From a virus (lineage: Duplodnaviria; Caudoviricetes), in the IMG/VR virus record IMGVR_UViG_2731957907_000001, positions 13,073 to 77,072 of that record: DNA of 64,000 bases; one strand, 5' to 3'. Shown in pieces: positions 36,890 to 46,497 of this stretch. The position numbers were made by a program, and so were the translations under genes. Within the stretch, counting starts at the first letter, position 1, and each line of letters starts with the position of its first letter. The notes under the pieces were generated by a model. It searched no databases, was not told where the DNA came from, and was given only the letters and a program-made list of their open reading frames with translations.

Positions 36890-37813
36890 TCACACCGCCT
36901 GGGGCAGATCCTCACCGCCAAGCACCTCCAATAGCGCTGGCAGAAATTGGGCGAAGGTCATCATCATCAGGGTGAAACTGGCGTCAAACTGCTGGGCAGC
37001 TTCATCACCACCATCCTGAGCGGCTTGTTCCTGCAGGACATCTTCAAAGCGAATACGCTTGATCGCCATCGTGTCGTCGAGCACGAACCGCAATTTGTCC
37101 TGCTGCCATGCCAGAGACAGCTGAGTAACCACTTTGCCGGAGCTCAGGTGCAGTTGAATTTCCTCGCCGCTCAGATCCTGTCGCTTGCAGCGGACAATGC
37201 CACCATCCTCGGCCGTATCACGCAGCTCGCATTCGTCCAGCACGTAGAAATCGGCAGGCGCCTGCTGCCGCCTGACCCAATCAGTCATGCTGGCCACCGG
37301 GCTGATCTTCACGCTGACAGGCCGCACCGGTAGCGAACCGAGCACTTCACGTAGGGTGGACAGGAGGTCTTCAGCCCGCGCTGGGCTGGCCGAGTTCACC
37401 AAGATCATGCCCAGACGCGGCGCTATCGCAGCGAAGATCATTGAGTGCCTGACGAAGGCGCGTGGCAAACAGGCTTGTATGACTTCGTCTTTGATCTGGT
37501 CGCGTTCTTTCTTGTAAGCCTTGCGCATCTGCTCGGTTTCGATTGCTTCAACCTTTTCCTTCACCGCCTCGGTCACAACGCTGCCTGGCAGGATGCGCTC
37601 CTCTTTACGGGCGGCGATCAGAAGGTATTCACCGCTGACATGCACCAGGGGCGCGTCTTCACCCTTGCCGACTGGCGCTACAAACCCATAGGTGGACAGT
37701 TCCTGGCTGGCGCACGGTCGAGCAGGCTTGCTGGCCAGCGCGTTTTCAAGCGTCACAGCGGACAGGTCGATAGGTTGGGTGAGGCGGTACGGAAGCAAAT
37801 TCTTGAAGAACAT
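36890..37813 (-). CDS. rdgC: Recombination-associated protein RdgC
   Basis: [11 protein letters not shown]...[11 protein letters not shown]...LPRAF...[17 protein letters not shown]; true start 37813 with AAGGA SD. Confidence 0.95.
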   Translation of the reverse strand: MFFKNLLPYRLTQPIDLSAVTLENALASKPARPCASQELSTYGFVAPVGKGEDAPLVHVSGEYLLIAARKEERILPGSVVTEAVKEKVEAIETEQMRKAYKKERDQIKDEVIQACLPRAFVRHSMIFAAIAPRLGMILVNSASPARAEDLLSTLREVLGSLPVRPVSVKISPVASMTDWVRRQQAPADFYVLDECELRDTAEDGGIVRCKRQDLSGEEIQLHLSSGKVVTQLSLAWQQDKLRFVLDDTMAIKRIRFEDVLQEQAAQDGGDEAAQQFDASFTLMMMTFAQFLPALLEVLGGEDLPQAV

Positions 37814-37834
37814 GGCGGTTCCTTGATGGGATTT

Positions 37835-37871
37835 ATGTCCGAGGATGCCGCAGAAAACTATCCTCGGACAT
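37835..37871. promoter_or_regulatory. Inverted pair of ATGTCCGAGGA operator-like boxes
   Basis: Exact 11-mers at 37835 (+) and 37861 (-) in the divergent intergenic region. Confidence 0.65.
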
Positions 37872-37993
37872 TTCCGGCGCATATTGCCACCGCAAATTGC
37901 CGGGAGGAAGCGCTGAACGCTGCTTTTTCCTGTGTTTGCGTAATATTTGGGGATACTATTCAGCATCACGATTTTTATAAGGCATCCCCCTGC

Positions 37994-38479
37994 ATGTTCA
38001 CCTGCCACGCTTATCTCGGCGCCAAAACGGGCGAAGAAGCCTATGAGGCCGGCAAGGCCGCTAGGCGCTTGACCCTTACGCTGCTGATCGACATACGCGG
38101 CGAGGGTAACCGCCTGTTCATGGCCGGTGAGCTGGAGGGTGCAGAGCTGAACGCCTACACGCAGCGCATGCACCGGGCCATGGTGACCGACAAGGGGCTG
38201 AGCGATCGCGCCGCGCGGAACATCGAGGAGCTGATGCAACTCCCCTTTGGCTGGCTGGATCAGCCGTACCCAGCCAGGGAGTTACGAGCCTCCATCGCCA
38301 GGGCCAAGCGCATCCACCGAAAGATCGAAAAGTATGGCCTGCAGGCCGACGCCGCCAAGCGTATGCGCAACACAAAGTTGGCCCAGGTTGAGGGTGGACT
38401 GACTGGAAGCCGCGGGGTTTCTCGCGCCTTGTATGCTGAGCTTTTAGGGTGTCTGCGCAAGCGCCCGCGTGGGGTGTAG
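37994..38479 (+). CDS. HTH transcriptional regulator (CI N-terminal-like)
   Basis: [10 protein letters not shown]...[21 protein letters not shown] pattern of phage repressors; start uncertain. Confidence 0.65.
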   Translation: MFTCHAYLGAKTGEEAYEAGKAARRLTLTLLIDIRGEGNRLFMAGELEGAELNAYTQRMHRAMVTDKGLSDRAARNIEELMQLPFGWLDQPYPARELRASIARAKRIHRKIEKYGLQADAAKRMRNTKLAQVEGGLTGSRGVSRALYAELLGCLRKRPRGV

Positions 38480-38897
38480 CCCGTCTGGACGGCTAATGTC
38501 CGAGGAGGAAAGTGCTTTAGAAGACCGCTGACCCTGTGGTATACAGGCGGCCGAAATCAAGAAATGTCCGAGGATGGTAAATCGCGGGCAAAAAAAAGAA
38601 CCCACTCCCGACCAAGGCAAAGGGTTCTTTCCACACAACTTAGGCAGTGATTCTGTGGCTTGTCCCATGAATCTTCAAGCGCTCCTGCGCTACTCCATTC
38701 GGAGAGATTCTGTGCATGCCCGTTTCACAGCCCCACGGAGACGACCCCGTGTGCTGCGAATTGTACCACAACGCACCCGATTTGCATCGGTCGCGCCTTT
38801 GCGCGCATTCGTCCAAAGCCCCGTATTTACTGCGGTTTTGTGACTTTTTTCACGTCTCAGCTTCGCCAACAGCACCTAAGACACAAGGAGGTGCTGC

Positions 38898-39953
38898 TTG
38901 AGCATCGTTCGTCTTCCCCGTCGCGACCGTTACGCCATCATTTCCTCCAGCTGCATCGAAGATAAGCGCCTTTCCTGGGAAGCGCGCGGCATGCTGATCT
39001 ACTTGCTGAGCAAGAAAGACAACTGGGAAGTGAAAATCACCGACCTCAAGAACCAGACCAAGGATTGCCTTGGCGTTCGTTCGGGTCGTGACAAGGTATA
39101 CAAGCTGATCAAAGAGCTACGCTGCGCTGGTTACCTGTGGCGGGATTACTCCCGGTGCGGTGGCGTCTTCACCGGTGTGGAGTACGTGGTATCCGAGGAG
39201 CCTGACTTGCAGGCCGGCGCGGAATACATGCGTGAGCTGGCAGACAAGGCTGCGGCCAAAGGCCAGGTCGTCCCATTTCCGGATTTGCCGGAAGCGGTCA
39301 AACCGGCACCGGCAGCACCGTTTCCGGCAAACCCGGAAGCTATAGATAAGACTGAAAAAGCATCTAGCACTGAAAAAGCACCTAATACCGCCGAGGGAGC
39401 TGGCGCTGCCTCGGGCAGTGTCGAGGACGCTTCAGAGCAAGAAGCAAAAGCGTCCGCAGGCAGCCCAGATAAATCGCTGCCCGACACATACCCCAAAAAC
39501 ACGGGGTCCAAGTCTTATGCCGCCTGGATGGCCTACGCTCAGGCGTATCGATCCCGGTACCGGCTGTGGCCGGTCTGCAACAAAACCATGTTGTCCAGGA
39601 TGTGCCAGCTGGTCGACCGGGTGGGCGATCTGGCTGCGCGAGTAGCGCAGTACTACGTCTCCAGCGACACCAGCCCGCAAGCGTTGGCCAGCACCCACGC
39701 CGTGGGCCATCTGCTGCAGAACTGTGAAGGCCTGGCCACTCGCGCCCAGGCTGCGGATCGCGCAGCTAAAGCTAGCTCGAACGCACGCGAAAACGCGGCA
39801 AGAACTGCTGCTGAAGCAAGCAAAGCAACGCCTGCTGCGCTTCCCAAAGAAACCAAGCCCGGCCGTGAGGCCTCCCAGGTCGCTCTGTCAGCGATGGAAA
39901 GCCTACGCAAAGGCCGGGGTTTACAGCACAGGCCCTCAGGGGGTGCGGCATGA
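38898..39953 (+). CDS. Phage replication initiator (HTH, O-like)
   Basis: YAIISSSCIEDKRLSWEARGMLIYLLSKKDNW...GRDKVYKLIKEL..AGY; internal DNA repeats; AGGAGG SD. Confidence 0.82.
   Translation: MSIVRLPRRDRYAIISSSCIEDKRLSWEARGMLIYLLSKKDNWEVKITDLKNQTKDCLGVRSGRDKVYKLIKELRCAGYLWRDYSRCGGVFTGVEYVVSEEPDLQAGAEYMRELADKAAAKGQVVPFPDLPEAVKPAPAAPFPANPEAIDKTEKASSTEKAPNTAEGAGAASGSVEDASEQEAKASAGSPDKSLPDTYPKNTGSKSYAAWMAYAQAYRSRYRLWPVCNKTMLSRMCQLVDRVGDLAARVAQYYVSSDTSPQALASTHAVGHLLQNCEGLATRAQAADRAAKASSNARENAARTAAEASKATPAALPKETKPGREASQVALSAMESLRKGRGLQHRPSGGAA
39270..39390. repeat. Iteron-like repeats inside replication gene (candidate origin)
   Basis: CC(A/G)TTTCCGG...CCGGAAGC twice, then ACTGAAAAAGCA at 39351 and 39369. 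Confidence 0.55.
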
Positions 39954-40357
39954 GTTTCGGAGGCAGAACCGTCACTGCTATCGAGAAACGCTGGCATGAC
40001 GACGTGGCGGAAATCTGCGGGTGCATATGCTGCCTGCTCGATGGTCGTCCTCGGGACTACACGCTGCCTGCCCACGTTTCGATCCATCACTGCGACGGCC
40101 GCACTAAGGCGCATGCCCACTACTACGTTCTGCCGCTGTGCGCTGGTCATCACCAGGATGGCCATGGGGCACCAGGTCTACTGGCTGTGCACGGTGACAA
40201 AGCAAGGTTTACCGCTGCCTATGGTCGCCAGATCGAGCTGGTAGAAGCGTGTGTGCAACTGGTCGAGTGTGCACAGCGTGAGGTTCCCGCCGGCGTGCGC
40301 AGGCTGCTTGCGCAGTGGCATCACAGCCAGCAATACCAGGAAGCGGCAAATGCTTAA
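39950..40357 (+). CDS. ref: Ref family recombination enhancement HNH nuclease
   Basis: GCICC...SIHHCDGRTK..AH..VLPLCAGHHQ...AVHG.KARF...YG. Confidence 0.85.
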   Translation: MSFGGRTVTAIEKRWHDDVAEICGCICCLLDGRPRDYTLPAHVSIHHCDGRTKAHAHYYVLPLCAGHHQDGHGAPGLLAVHGDKARFTAAYGRQIELVEACVQLVECAQREVPAGVRRLLAQWHHSQQYQEAANA

Positions 40358-40595
40358 CAACGACGATGCCCCGGCCAGCACCAAGGCGTGCCCATGCGGT
40401 GAATCCCGGCTTGTCCTGCTGCGCTCGGTAAACCTGAAGCTTTGCCCGACCTGCGGGCGCGAAATTAACTGGCCGCTCGACGCTGGCCAGCGTGCGCTGA
40501 TCAGCTCAAGCCGAGGTGATCGCAGGTTTCCTGGAACAATGAATACTAAGACGCCTTTAGCACCAAAAACACCAAAAGCGTTAAAGCGCCTATAG
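40350..40595 (+). CDS. Small zinc-ribbon protein
   Basis: CPCG...LLRS.NLK.CPTC...I.W.L..GQ. Confidence 0.6.
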   Translation: MLNNDDAPASTKACPCGESRLVLLRSVNLKLCPTCGREINWPLDAGQRALISSSRGDRRFPGTMNTKTPLAPKTPKALKRL

Positions 40596-40610
40596 CACTA
40601 AGGCGCCTTT
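40541..40610. repeat. 9-bp-period array
   Basis: GACGCCTTT AGCACCAAA AACACCAAA AGCGTTAAA ... TAGCACTAA GGCGCCTTT. Confidence 0.7.
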
Positions 40611-40652
40611 TCTGGGATTATGGCCGGGCAATTTCAGCCAGAGACACCAGAC

Positions 40653-41006
40653 ATGCGCCCAGAAACCGTAGATTTCAGCGCCCCTTCAGCCAATTTGTTG
40701 GCCGATCGGATGCGCTTCTTAGCTAACCCCGAACTGCTGGCCGACGCCTTCGAGTTTTGTCAGCCAGCAGGATTCAACGCACAGGAGTGGGCCGAGCAGG
40801 CCTTGGTTCTGGAGGGGAGTTTGAAAGAGGGGCGGCCCATTCCGCTGGACGACAGAAATGTCGCCCTGCTGGTGGAGTCGCTTGAGGGTAACCGCGTGAT
40901 TGGACAGGCCGGCAAGCGCCGCCCGCAACTGATCGAGCTGGCCAGGCAGGTCGCTTTCCAGTTGGAGCCCCACGCAGGGCGCCGCGTCGTGCCGGAGGTG
41001 GACTGA
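40653..41006 (+). CDS. Hypothetical protein
   Basis: First of a tightly coupled run of small ORFs. Confidence 0.65.
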   Translation: MRPETVDFSAPSANLLADRMRFLANPELLADAFEFCQPAGFNAQEWAEQALVLEGSLKEGRPIPLDDRNVALLVESLEGNRVIGQAGKRRPQLIELARQVAFQLEPHAGRRVVPEVD

Positions 41007-41329
41007 TGATCCTTCCCGATCTGTTCGATGGCGACCTGGCCATGACGCGCGAATCAATCGAAACGCCAATCGGTGAAATGCGGTTTTTGATAACCCGCAA
41101 ATCCTGGGAGGTATTGAGCGGTGATGAGGACATGCCTTCGTACATGCCCCACACGAATTTTGTGGTGATCGCACATCACCCAGTAACCGGCGTGATGACC
41201 ATGGCCGGGGCCAAGCTTGAGGACGGTGACGACCTGCGTACAGCGTGCGCAGATGCCGCGCAAGATTTGACCCTCAGTGTGCAGGCCATCAAGGCGTATC
41301 TCAAAGGACTAGACGGAACTTCCCCATGA
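41006..41329 (+). CDS. Hypothetical protein
   Basis: TGATG coupling, GGAGG SD. Confidence 0.7.
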   Translation: MILPDLFDGDLAMTRESIETPIGEMRFLITRKSWEVLSGDEDMPSYMPHTNFVVIAHHPVTGVMTMAGAKLEDGDDLRTACADAAQDLTLSVQAIKAYLKGLDGTSP

Positions 41330-42009
41330 TCAAGTACCAACCTGACTGGACCGCGGTAATGCTCGACGACGAGCGATTCAAGCTCGAGCAGCTACCCGGG
41401 GGCGCTGGCGATGACGACGGCGGGCGCATTCAGCTGACTCATATCAAGTCCGGAATCAAGGTGGACGTTCCGGTGAGCGTGACGGCCAAGCATGAAGAAC
41501 GCCTGCGTGAGGCCAGCGCTCTTTACAAGCGACTGGTCGACGCAATGGTAGAGGCCAAGTATCACGAATTCGGTACCCACCACTTCGCCAGGCTGCTGCG
41601 CTGTGTGTACGCGAACAAGCTGATTGAGGTGATTTCGAGCTACGGCCGAGCCTTCTTCTACAGCAGTGGACACGACCGGATAGCCCAGATGGTTTACGAC
41701 TACGCCAGCACGCCACCGGCGGTGTATCTCATCGATGAGAAGTCTGCACGCCAGGTGGTGCTGCGCAACAACGGCGACTGGGCAGGCTTCGGCCATAACG
41801 GGATGCTGCGCGACCTGGTCATGCAGCTGCGGGACTATGTGATGAAGGGCGTGCGAATCGACATGGAGTACATCGGCCTCATCAGCCCTCTGGGCAAGTC
41901 CAACGCCTGGGGCTATCCCCAAGATCAGATGGAGAAGTGCCGCCAAGCCGCAGTGATGCTGCCGTGTATGGCCCAGTTCCAAAGCCCCAATGGAGTACGC
42001 GCAGCATGA
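41326..42009 (+). CDS. Hypothetical phage protein
   Basis: ATGA overlap; ANKLIEVISSYGRAFF...W.GF.H.G.LRDLV...WGY. Confidence 0.7.
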   Translation: MIKYQPDWTAVMLDDERFKLEQLPGGAGDDDGGRIQLTHIKSGIKVDVPVSVTAKHEERLREASALYKRLVDAMVEAKYHEFGTHHFARLLRCVYANKLIEVISSYGRAFFYSSGHDRIAQMVYDYASTPPAVYLIDEKSARQVVLRNNGDWAGFGHNGMLRDLVMQLRDYVMKGVRIDMEYIGLISPLGKSNAWGYPQDQMEKCRQAAVMLPCMAQFQSPNGVRAA

Positions 42010-42407
42010 CCAAACCACAAGTGGAGCATCGCAAAATCTCGCTTGAACAGTTCCAAGCTGAGTACAAGGCCCAGGCTGACAAGCGTGAAGACATCGTGGT
42101 CATCTGCCCGGCCTGCGGCACGCTGCAGAACGGGCACGACTTGATCAAGGCTGGCGCCGGTGAATGTATGGACGATCTGCAGGGGCGCTTCGGTTTCTCC
42201 TGCGTGGGTCGCTGGACTGGCAAGGGATCGGCAACGGCTGATGTGATCGCAGCTGGGCAGGGGTGCAACTGGACGCTGGGTGGACTGTTCCAGGTCAACA
42301 CCCTGACAGTGGTTGATCCTGACGGCAATGAGCACCCGTTCTTCGAGCTGGCCAGCAAAGAGGCGGCAGACGCTTACCGCGCCAAGCAAGCAGAGGCCTC
42401 TGAATGA
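42006..42407 (+). CDS. Cys-rich phage protein (VVA0879-like)
   Basis: CPACG.LQ, FSCVGRW, GCNWTLGGLF. Confidence 0.7.
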   Translation: MTKPQVEHRKISLEQFQAEYKAQADKREDIVVICPACGTLQNGHDLIKAGAGECMDDLQGRFGFSCVGRWTGKGSATADVIAAGQGCNWTLGGLFQVNTLTVVDPDGNEHPFFELASKEAADAYRAKQAEASE

Positions 42408-43051
42408 GCCAGGCAGCCAAGCAACGGGCAGTGGTCATGTCCGCCGGCATGGCTGCTGCTACCCAGGAGGGCCGTAAAACGGCCTTCCGGGTGCCGGTAC
42501 TGCCACAACCGGAACACGCGTACCTACGAATGTGTGCAGAGACATGCCCCGAGCCTCACACATGGACCGATGTCGACACCCTAAGCAACGCCGGAGGCCG
42601 CACCCGCTGGCGCTGTCCATATGGCGTACCTGGTGACCGCCTGTTTGTGCAAGAGCCCTGGAACAAGCATGGTGGCGCGGTCACCTACCTGGCGGACGGA
42701 GACTGGATCGCAGATTTCAACGTGGACGCAGTGCCGCCCGTGCGCAATCGTCCAAAGTGGGAGGACGCCGACGCTATGCCGGAGGAGTACGCCCGGCTAT
42801 TCCTTGAAATCGTGAGCGTGAACGCCAGGCGCCTGCAGGCTATCGATGCTGAGCAAGCCAAGGCCGAAGGTATGTTCTATGACACCAAGGCGCGGCAGTA
42901 CGTGATCATCGAGGGTGACGAGTTCAAAGGACGCTCTACCCGCAATGCACGGGAGGCCTTCTACATGCTCTGGGAATCGCAGCGCACCGGTTTCATGTGG
43001 GCCTCCAACCCCTGGGTTTGGGTGGTCGAGTTCAAACGCATAGTGCCGTAG
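42404..43051 (+). CDS. ASCH-like phage protein
   Basis: GRKT..R, CPYG.PGDRL.V.E.W, RLQ.I....A.AEG, W..NPWVWVVEFKR. Confidence 0.8.
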   Translation: MSQAAKQRAVVMSAGMAAATQEGRKTAFRVPVLPQPEHAYLRMCAETCPEPHTWTDVDTLSNAGGRTRWRCPYGVPGDRLFVQEPWNKHGGAVTYLADGDWIADFNVDAVPPVRNRPKWEDADAMPEEYARLFLEIVSVNARRLQAIDAEQAKAEGMFYDTKARQYVIIEGDEFKGRSTRNAREAFYMLWESQRTGFMWASNPWVWVVEFKRIVP

Positions 43052-43065
43052 CAGTCGGGGGCAGC

Positions 43066-43476
43066 ATGAAGACAGAAGAATACATTCGCGACTGCGCCGC
43101 CCGTGGCTTCTCCAAGGCTATGGTCATAGAGGCCCTGGGCGTTAACCGCCAATCGTTCAATGCGATGCTCGAGCTACTGCCCCCAATCAAATGGCCTGGC
43201 CCTGGCCAATCGCTGGCTTGCAAGCTCTCTTACGAGGCGCGCCGCGGCACCTGTCCGCCGGCGCTTCGCGCTTCTGGTGAGAAAGGGCGCCAAGCCAAGC
43301 GTGAAAAACAAACATACACCGTCGACGGGGTGCAGGGGACCATCCCTGATCACGCCAGACGGTATGGCGTGCAACCTGAAACCGTTCGGGGGCGCATGCG
43401 CGCCGGTAAATCCCTCAAAGAAGCCTTAGAGGCCATTCCCAATCATCGCGGTAAAAGAAAGGGTCGTCCTGCATGA
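43066..43476 (+). CDS. Hypothetical DNA-binding protein
   Basis: YTVDGVQGTI...ARRYGV...TVR.R...G.SL.EAL. Confidence 0.7.
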   Translation: MKTEEYIRDCAARGFSKAMVIEALGVNRQSFNAMLELLPPIKWPGPGQSLACKLSYEARRGTCPPALRASGEKGRQAKREKQTYTVDGVQGTIPDHARRYGVQPETVRGRMRAGKSLKEALEAIPNHRGKRKGRPA

Positions 43477-43859
43477 AAGCCTTATCGATCAAGCAACCAT
43501 GGGCGTGGCTGATCATCCACGGCGGCAAAGACATTGAAAACCGCACCTGGCACACGAAGTTTCGCGGGCGCTTCCTGGTGCATGCGTCCCAAGGCATGAC
43601 GGGTAAAGAGTACCGGGACGCTTATCACTGGTGCCTGGAAAATCACGCTATCACTGACTTGATCCTGCCAGAGCCACAAGATCTGCAGCGTGGCGGCATC
43701 ATCGGCTCTGTCGAGCTAGTGGGGAGCATTGATACCAGCAATTCGCCCTGGTACATGGGCGCCAAAGGCTTCGTGCTGCGCGATCCCCAGGTGCTGCCGT
43801 TCATTCCTCTGAAGGGCCGCTTGGGCTTTTTCGAAGTGCCAGCTGAGGTGCTGAAATGA
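43473..43859 (+). CDS. ASCH domain protein
   Basis: MKALSIKQPWAWLII.G.KDIENRTW.T.FRG..L.HAS...GGIIGSV. Confidence 0.9.
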   Translation: MKALSIKQPWAWLIIHGGKDIENRTWHTKFRGRFLVHASQGMTGKEYRDAYHWCLENHAITDLILPEPQDLQRGGIIGSVELVGSIDTSNSPWYMGAKGFVLRDPQVLPFIPLKGRLGFFEVPAEVLK

Positions 43860-43932
43860 GCGCGGTCTACAGATGCGTCCATGCCAAGTTGAACATCAAG
43901 CGCGCCGGGCAGCCGGCCGGGGAGGGGGTGTG

Positions 43933-44076
43933 ATGAGCCGAATCCACATGTGGCACCGCATGGCCTACATGGGCTTCATCATCGTGAAGTGCGGCCGGAA
44001 GGTCCGGGCCACCCAGTTCACCGACCAGCCTGAGAAGGTCACCTGCAAAGCCTGCCTCAATCGCATGGGGGCTTAG
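43933..44076 (+). CDS. Small Cys-containing hypothetical protein
   Basis: GGAGG SD; KCG...VTCKAC. Confidence 0.5.
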   Translation: MSRIHMWHRMAYMGFIIVKCGRKVRATQFTDQPEKVTCKACLNRMGA

Positions 44077-44078
44077 TC

Positions 44079-44306
44079 ATGAAGACTCACTACGACCCGC
44101 ATCCTGATTCTGAGGAATCGGAAGAGCAGGCCGTTTGCGGGACCTGGCTCGGTGACGAGAGCAACTTGTCTGGCGATTGGTCTCGTGTGGACTGCCAGCG
44201 ATGCCTCAAAGCCAAGGGGAAGATCGAGGCTGCCATCGCTGATGAGGAGTTCTTCATTGTCGAGCAGATGGGCCACATGGCCGCCCACATGCGGGAGCAG
44301 CACTGA
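44079..44306 (+). CDS. Small zinc-binding hypothetical protein
   Basis: H...CG...W..VDCQRC. Confidence 0.65.
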   Translation: MKTHYDPHPDSEESEEQAVCGTWLGDESNLSGDWSRVDCQRCLKAKGKIEAAIADEEFFIVEQMGHMAAHMREQH

Positions 44307-44641
44307 TGGACACCAACAAGATGCGCGAGCAGTTCGAGTCAGCATTCATTGCTCAGCAGGTCGCGGCTTTTGGCGAGTGTACGCGCGAAGGTGCAGTGCA
44401 CCGTCTCAAGCGCGATGGTGAGTTTGACAAGCCGCCCACAGCATATGATCTGCACCGCCGTGAGCAGGGTATGTACGACGAGTATTGGATTGAAATGTTG
44501 TGGTGGGCCTGGAAGGCCTCCCGTGAGGCGCTTGTTGTCGAGAACCCATTCGACGTTTGCATTGGTGACCCAGACGCAATGTGGGCTCATGGGGTCGCTG
44601 AAAAATCATTGAAGGCTCAAGGGTTGAGGGTTCGGCCATGA
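44306..44641 (+). CDS. Hypothetical phage protein
   Basis: MDTNKMREQFE...W.AW.ASRE.LVV. Confidence 0.7.
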   Translation: MDTNKMREQFESAFIAQQVAAFGECTREGAVHRLKRDGEFDKPPTAYDLHRREQGMYDEYWIEMLWWAWKASREALVVENPFDVCIGDPDAMWAHGVAEKSLKAQGLRVRP

Positions 44642-45084
44642 CCGATCAATCGCTGATTGAGCTCAGTGCCGCCACTGACCTGGCCGAGGTCTGTGCCGCC
44701 GATCTTTCCGGCGAGGCCTTAGGGTGGGCAGTCGGCAAGGTGCAGGGCATTGAGCTGCACCTGGATGGGCCAAAGGGATACCTGACCACTTGGCGCGTCT
44801 ACTACCGCCAAGGTGGCAATGTGTCCTACCGCTTCGAGCGGTACAACCCACAGGAAAACTGGATGCTTGGTGGTCCGCTGGCTGACCAGCACTGTAAGTC
44901 ATTCGGGCACAACAAGCACATAGGCGCGGATGGCCAGTGGCGCACGTTCGCTTACAAGGAAGGGCCGGTGCTGATGCGCCTGGCCGGCGGCGATTCGATC
45001 CTCATAGCACTGTGTCGGGCCATTGTCCTCCTGTATAGCGGCGAGACAGTCAAAGTACCAAAGGTGCTGATCTGCCATGGGTAA
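44638..45084 (+). CDS. NinX-like phage protein
   Basis: LSGEALGWAVGK, YNP..NW..GGPL, LIA.CRAIV....G..V.VP. Confidence 0.7.
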   Translation: MTDQSLIELSAATDLAEVCAADLSGEALGWAVGKVQGIELHLDGPKGYLTTWRVYYRQGGNVSYRFERYNPQENWMLGGPLADQHCKSFGHNKHIGADGQWRTFAYKEGPVLMRLAGGDSILIALCRAIVLLYSGETVKVPKVLICHG

Positions 45085-45088
45085 GCGC

Positions 45089-45129
45089 GCAAACCCCCGC
45101 TAAATGCTGGTGCGCCTAACAGGTAGCGT
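45089..45129 (+). promoter_or_regulatory. Putative late-type promoter
   Basis: GCAAACCCCCG ... TAGCGT, 41-nt geometry. Confidence 0.55.
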
Positions 45130-45213
45130 AATGGTGCCGGCGTGGGCCTGTTCATGCCTGCCCGGCCGTGCACTACCTACTGGCGTCGAGCAGACGGCCG
45201 AAGTCATCGGTCG

Positions 45214-45282
45214 GTAAGACACTAAAGCACCTTAAAGCATTAAGGCGCTTTTAGCACTATAAGCACCAAGGCGCCTATGGTA
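45214..45282. repeat. 9-bp-period array
   Basis: AGACACTAA AGCACCTTA AAGCATTAA GGCGCTTTT AGCACTATA AGCACCAAG GCGCCTATG. Confidence 0.7.
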
Positions 45283-45320
45283 TTGTGCGGTCCGTCAGCC
45301 AGACACACAAAGGAATCCCC

Positions 45321-45695
45321 ATGGGCCACCCCTTACCACTTCAAGATCCCACTACCGATATCGGCAACTGCGTGCTGGTGCCTATCGCATGGCTCAAGCA
45401 TGCAGTTGAGCTCCTGCGGGAGCACGGCGAATCTGGACCTACGATCCAGAAGCTGATTCAGCGCGCCAGTACGTGGCAGAGCCATAAAGCCCCTGGCCAG
45501 CGCCAGGTGAAGTTGTCGGAGCAGCGCGCAGAGTTCGAAGCCGCCCACCCGGTACCAGATGTTGTTTTCTGGGCCGAAGCCGAACGGACTTACCTGGCCG
45601 TCAGGGACTGCCCAGAGCAGCACGCCGCGGCGAATCAAATGAACGCGCTCTATGCCGGCTTCCTGCTACGCGCCCGCACCCCGGAGGGTCTGTAA
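45321..45695 (+). CDS. Hypothetical protein
   Basis: AAGGA SD. Confidence 0.65.
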   Translation: MGHPLPLQDPTTDIGNCVLVPIAWLKHAVELLREHGESGPTIQKLIQRASTWQSHKAPGQRQVKLSEQRAEFEAAHPVPDVVFWAEAERTYLAVRDCPEQHAAANQMNALYAGFLLRARTPEGL

Positions 45696-46273
45696 TGCAC
45701 AACAAACTTGCCGCATCCATTTCAGCCGCAACCGGCGTAGCCCCGGCACCTTTCAAAATGCTGTTCGAGTCAGCCACCGGCGATCGCCTGGGCGAGTTGT
45801 TCGAGACTGATGCCGGCACTCTAGAATTTGAGGGCAAGGCAGAGGAGTCTGCCGGCGAGCTGTTCAGCCATGTCGTGCAGCGCCATAACAGCGCGTTCTC
45901 CTCGGCCGACCGGCGCATCAAGTTGATGATCGAAAAGCTCCAAGGCGCGATGCCAGATACACCGGGCGACTGCGTTTTGAACGTAGCCTCCGCCACGATG
46001 CAACGGGTGCCGGCAGTCACTTTTGAGAACCTGGCAAAGATGGCTGACGATTTGCGCGCCTATGAACTGTCCGCCAGAAATCGCCAGATCCGCCAGCTTG
46101 CAGAACACATGTGGGGACTTGGCTGGCGCGATCCGTCGGGCGACCGGGAAGGCTTCGTAAAGGCAATGCAGTCGCTTTTGACGCTGTGGGATGAACGCAA
46201 GCAATCGGCGGCCGGCCTGTTCGATGCCGTCAACGTCCCCATGCCTTCAATGCCATGGAGGGACGGGCTGTGA
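45695..46273 (+). CDS. Hypothetical protein
   Basis: TAATG coupling. Confidence 0.65.
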   Translation: MHNKLAASISAATGVAPAPFKMLFESATGDRLGELFETDAGTLEFEGKAEESAGELFSHVVQRHNSAFSSADRRIKLMIEKLQGAMPDTPGDCVLNVASATMQRVPAVTFENLAKMADDLRAYELSARNRQIRQLAEHMWGLGWRDPSGDREGFVKAMQSLLTLWDERKQSAAGLFDAVNVPMPSMPWRDGL

Positions 46274-46497
46274 GTCTCGCTGCCGCTGTATATCTGAACG
46301 CCGTGCTGTGCGCCGACGCCACACGCGAGAATTGCGACCCACCCGAGTTCATGTATGCGCCACAGGAGTCTGCACCGCTGGCCGTGCGTGCGGCTACCTG
46401 CGAACAGCTGGCCCAGGTCATGAACCTGGTGCAGCTGGACGAGGCTGTGTACTACGTGTGCTCTCCATCGAAGGGGGTGACCAGTGAGCGCGCTTGA
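46270..46497 (+). CDS. Small Cys-containing hypothetical protein
   Basis: GTGA overlap. Confidence 0.5.
   Translation: MSLAAAVYLNAVLCADATRENCDPPEFMYAPQESAPLAVRAATCEQLAQVMNLVQLDEAVYYVCSPSKGVTSERA

Noticed and set aside
37445-38239. Long N-terminal extensions of rdgC (to 38239) and of the HTH gene (from 37445)
   Set aside because: They overlap each other and the operator region; the RdgC family start MFFKNL is at 37813
38533-38548. CTGT...ACAG as a LexA box
   Set aside because: Spacer is 5 nt rather than 8
38660-38901. Short ORFs upstream of the replication gene
   Set aside because: Three overlapping candidate frames with no recognisable motif; cannot choose one from sequence alone
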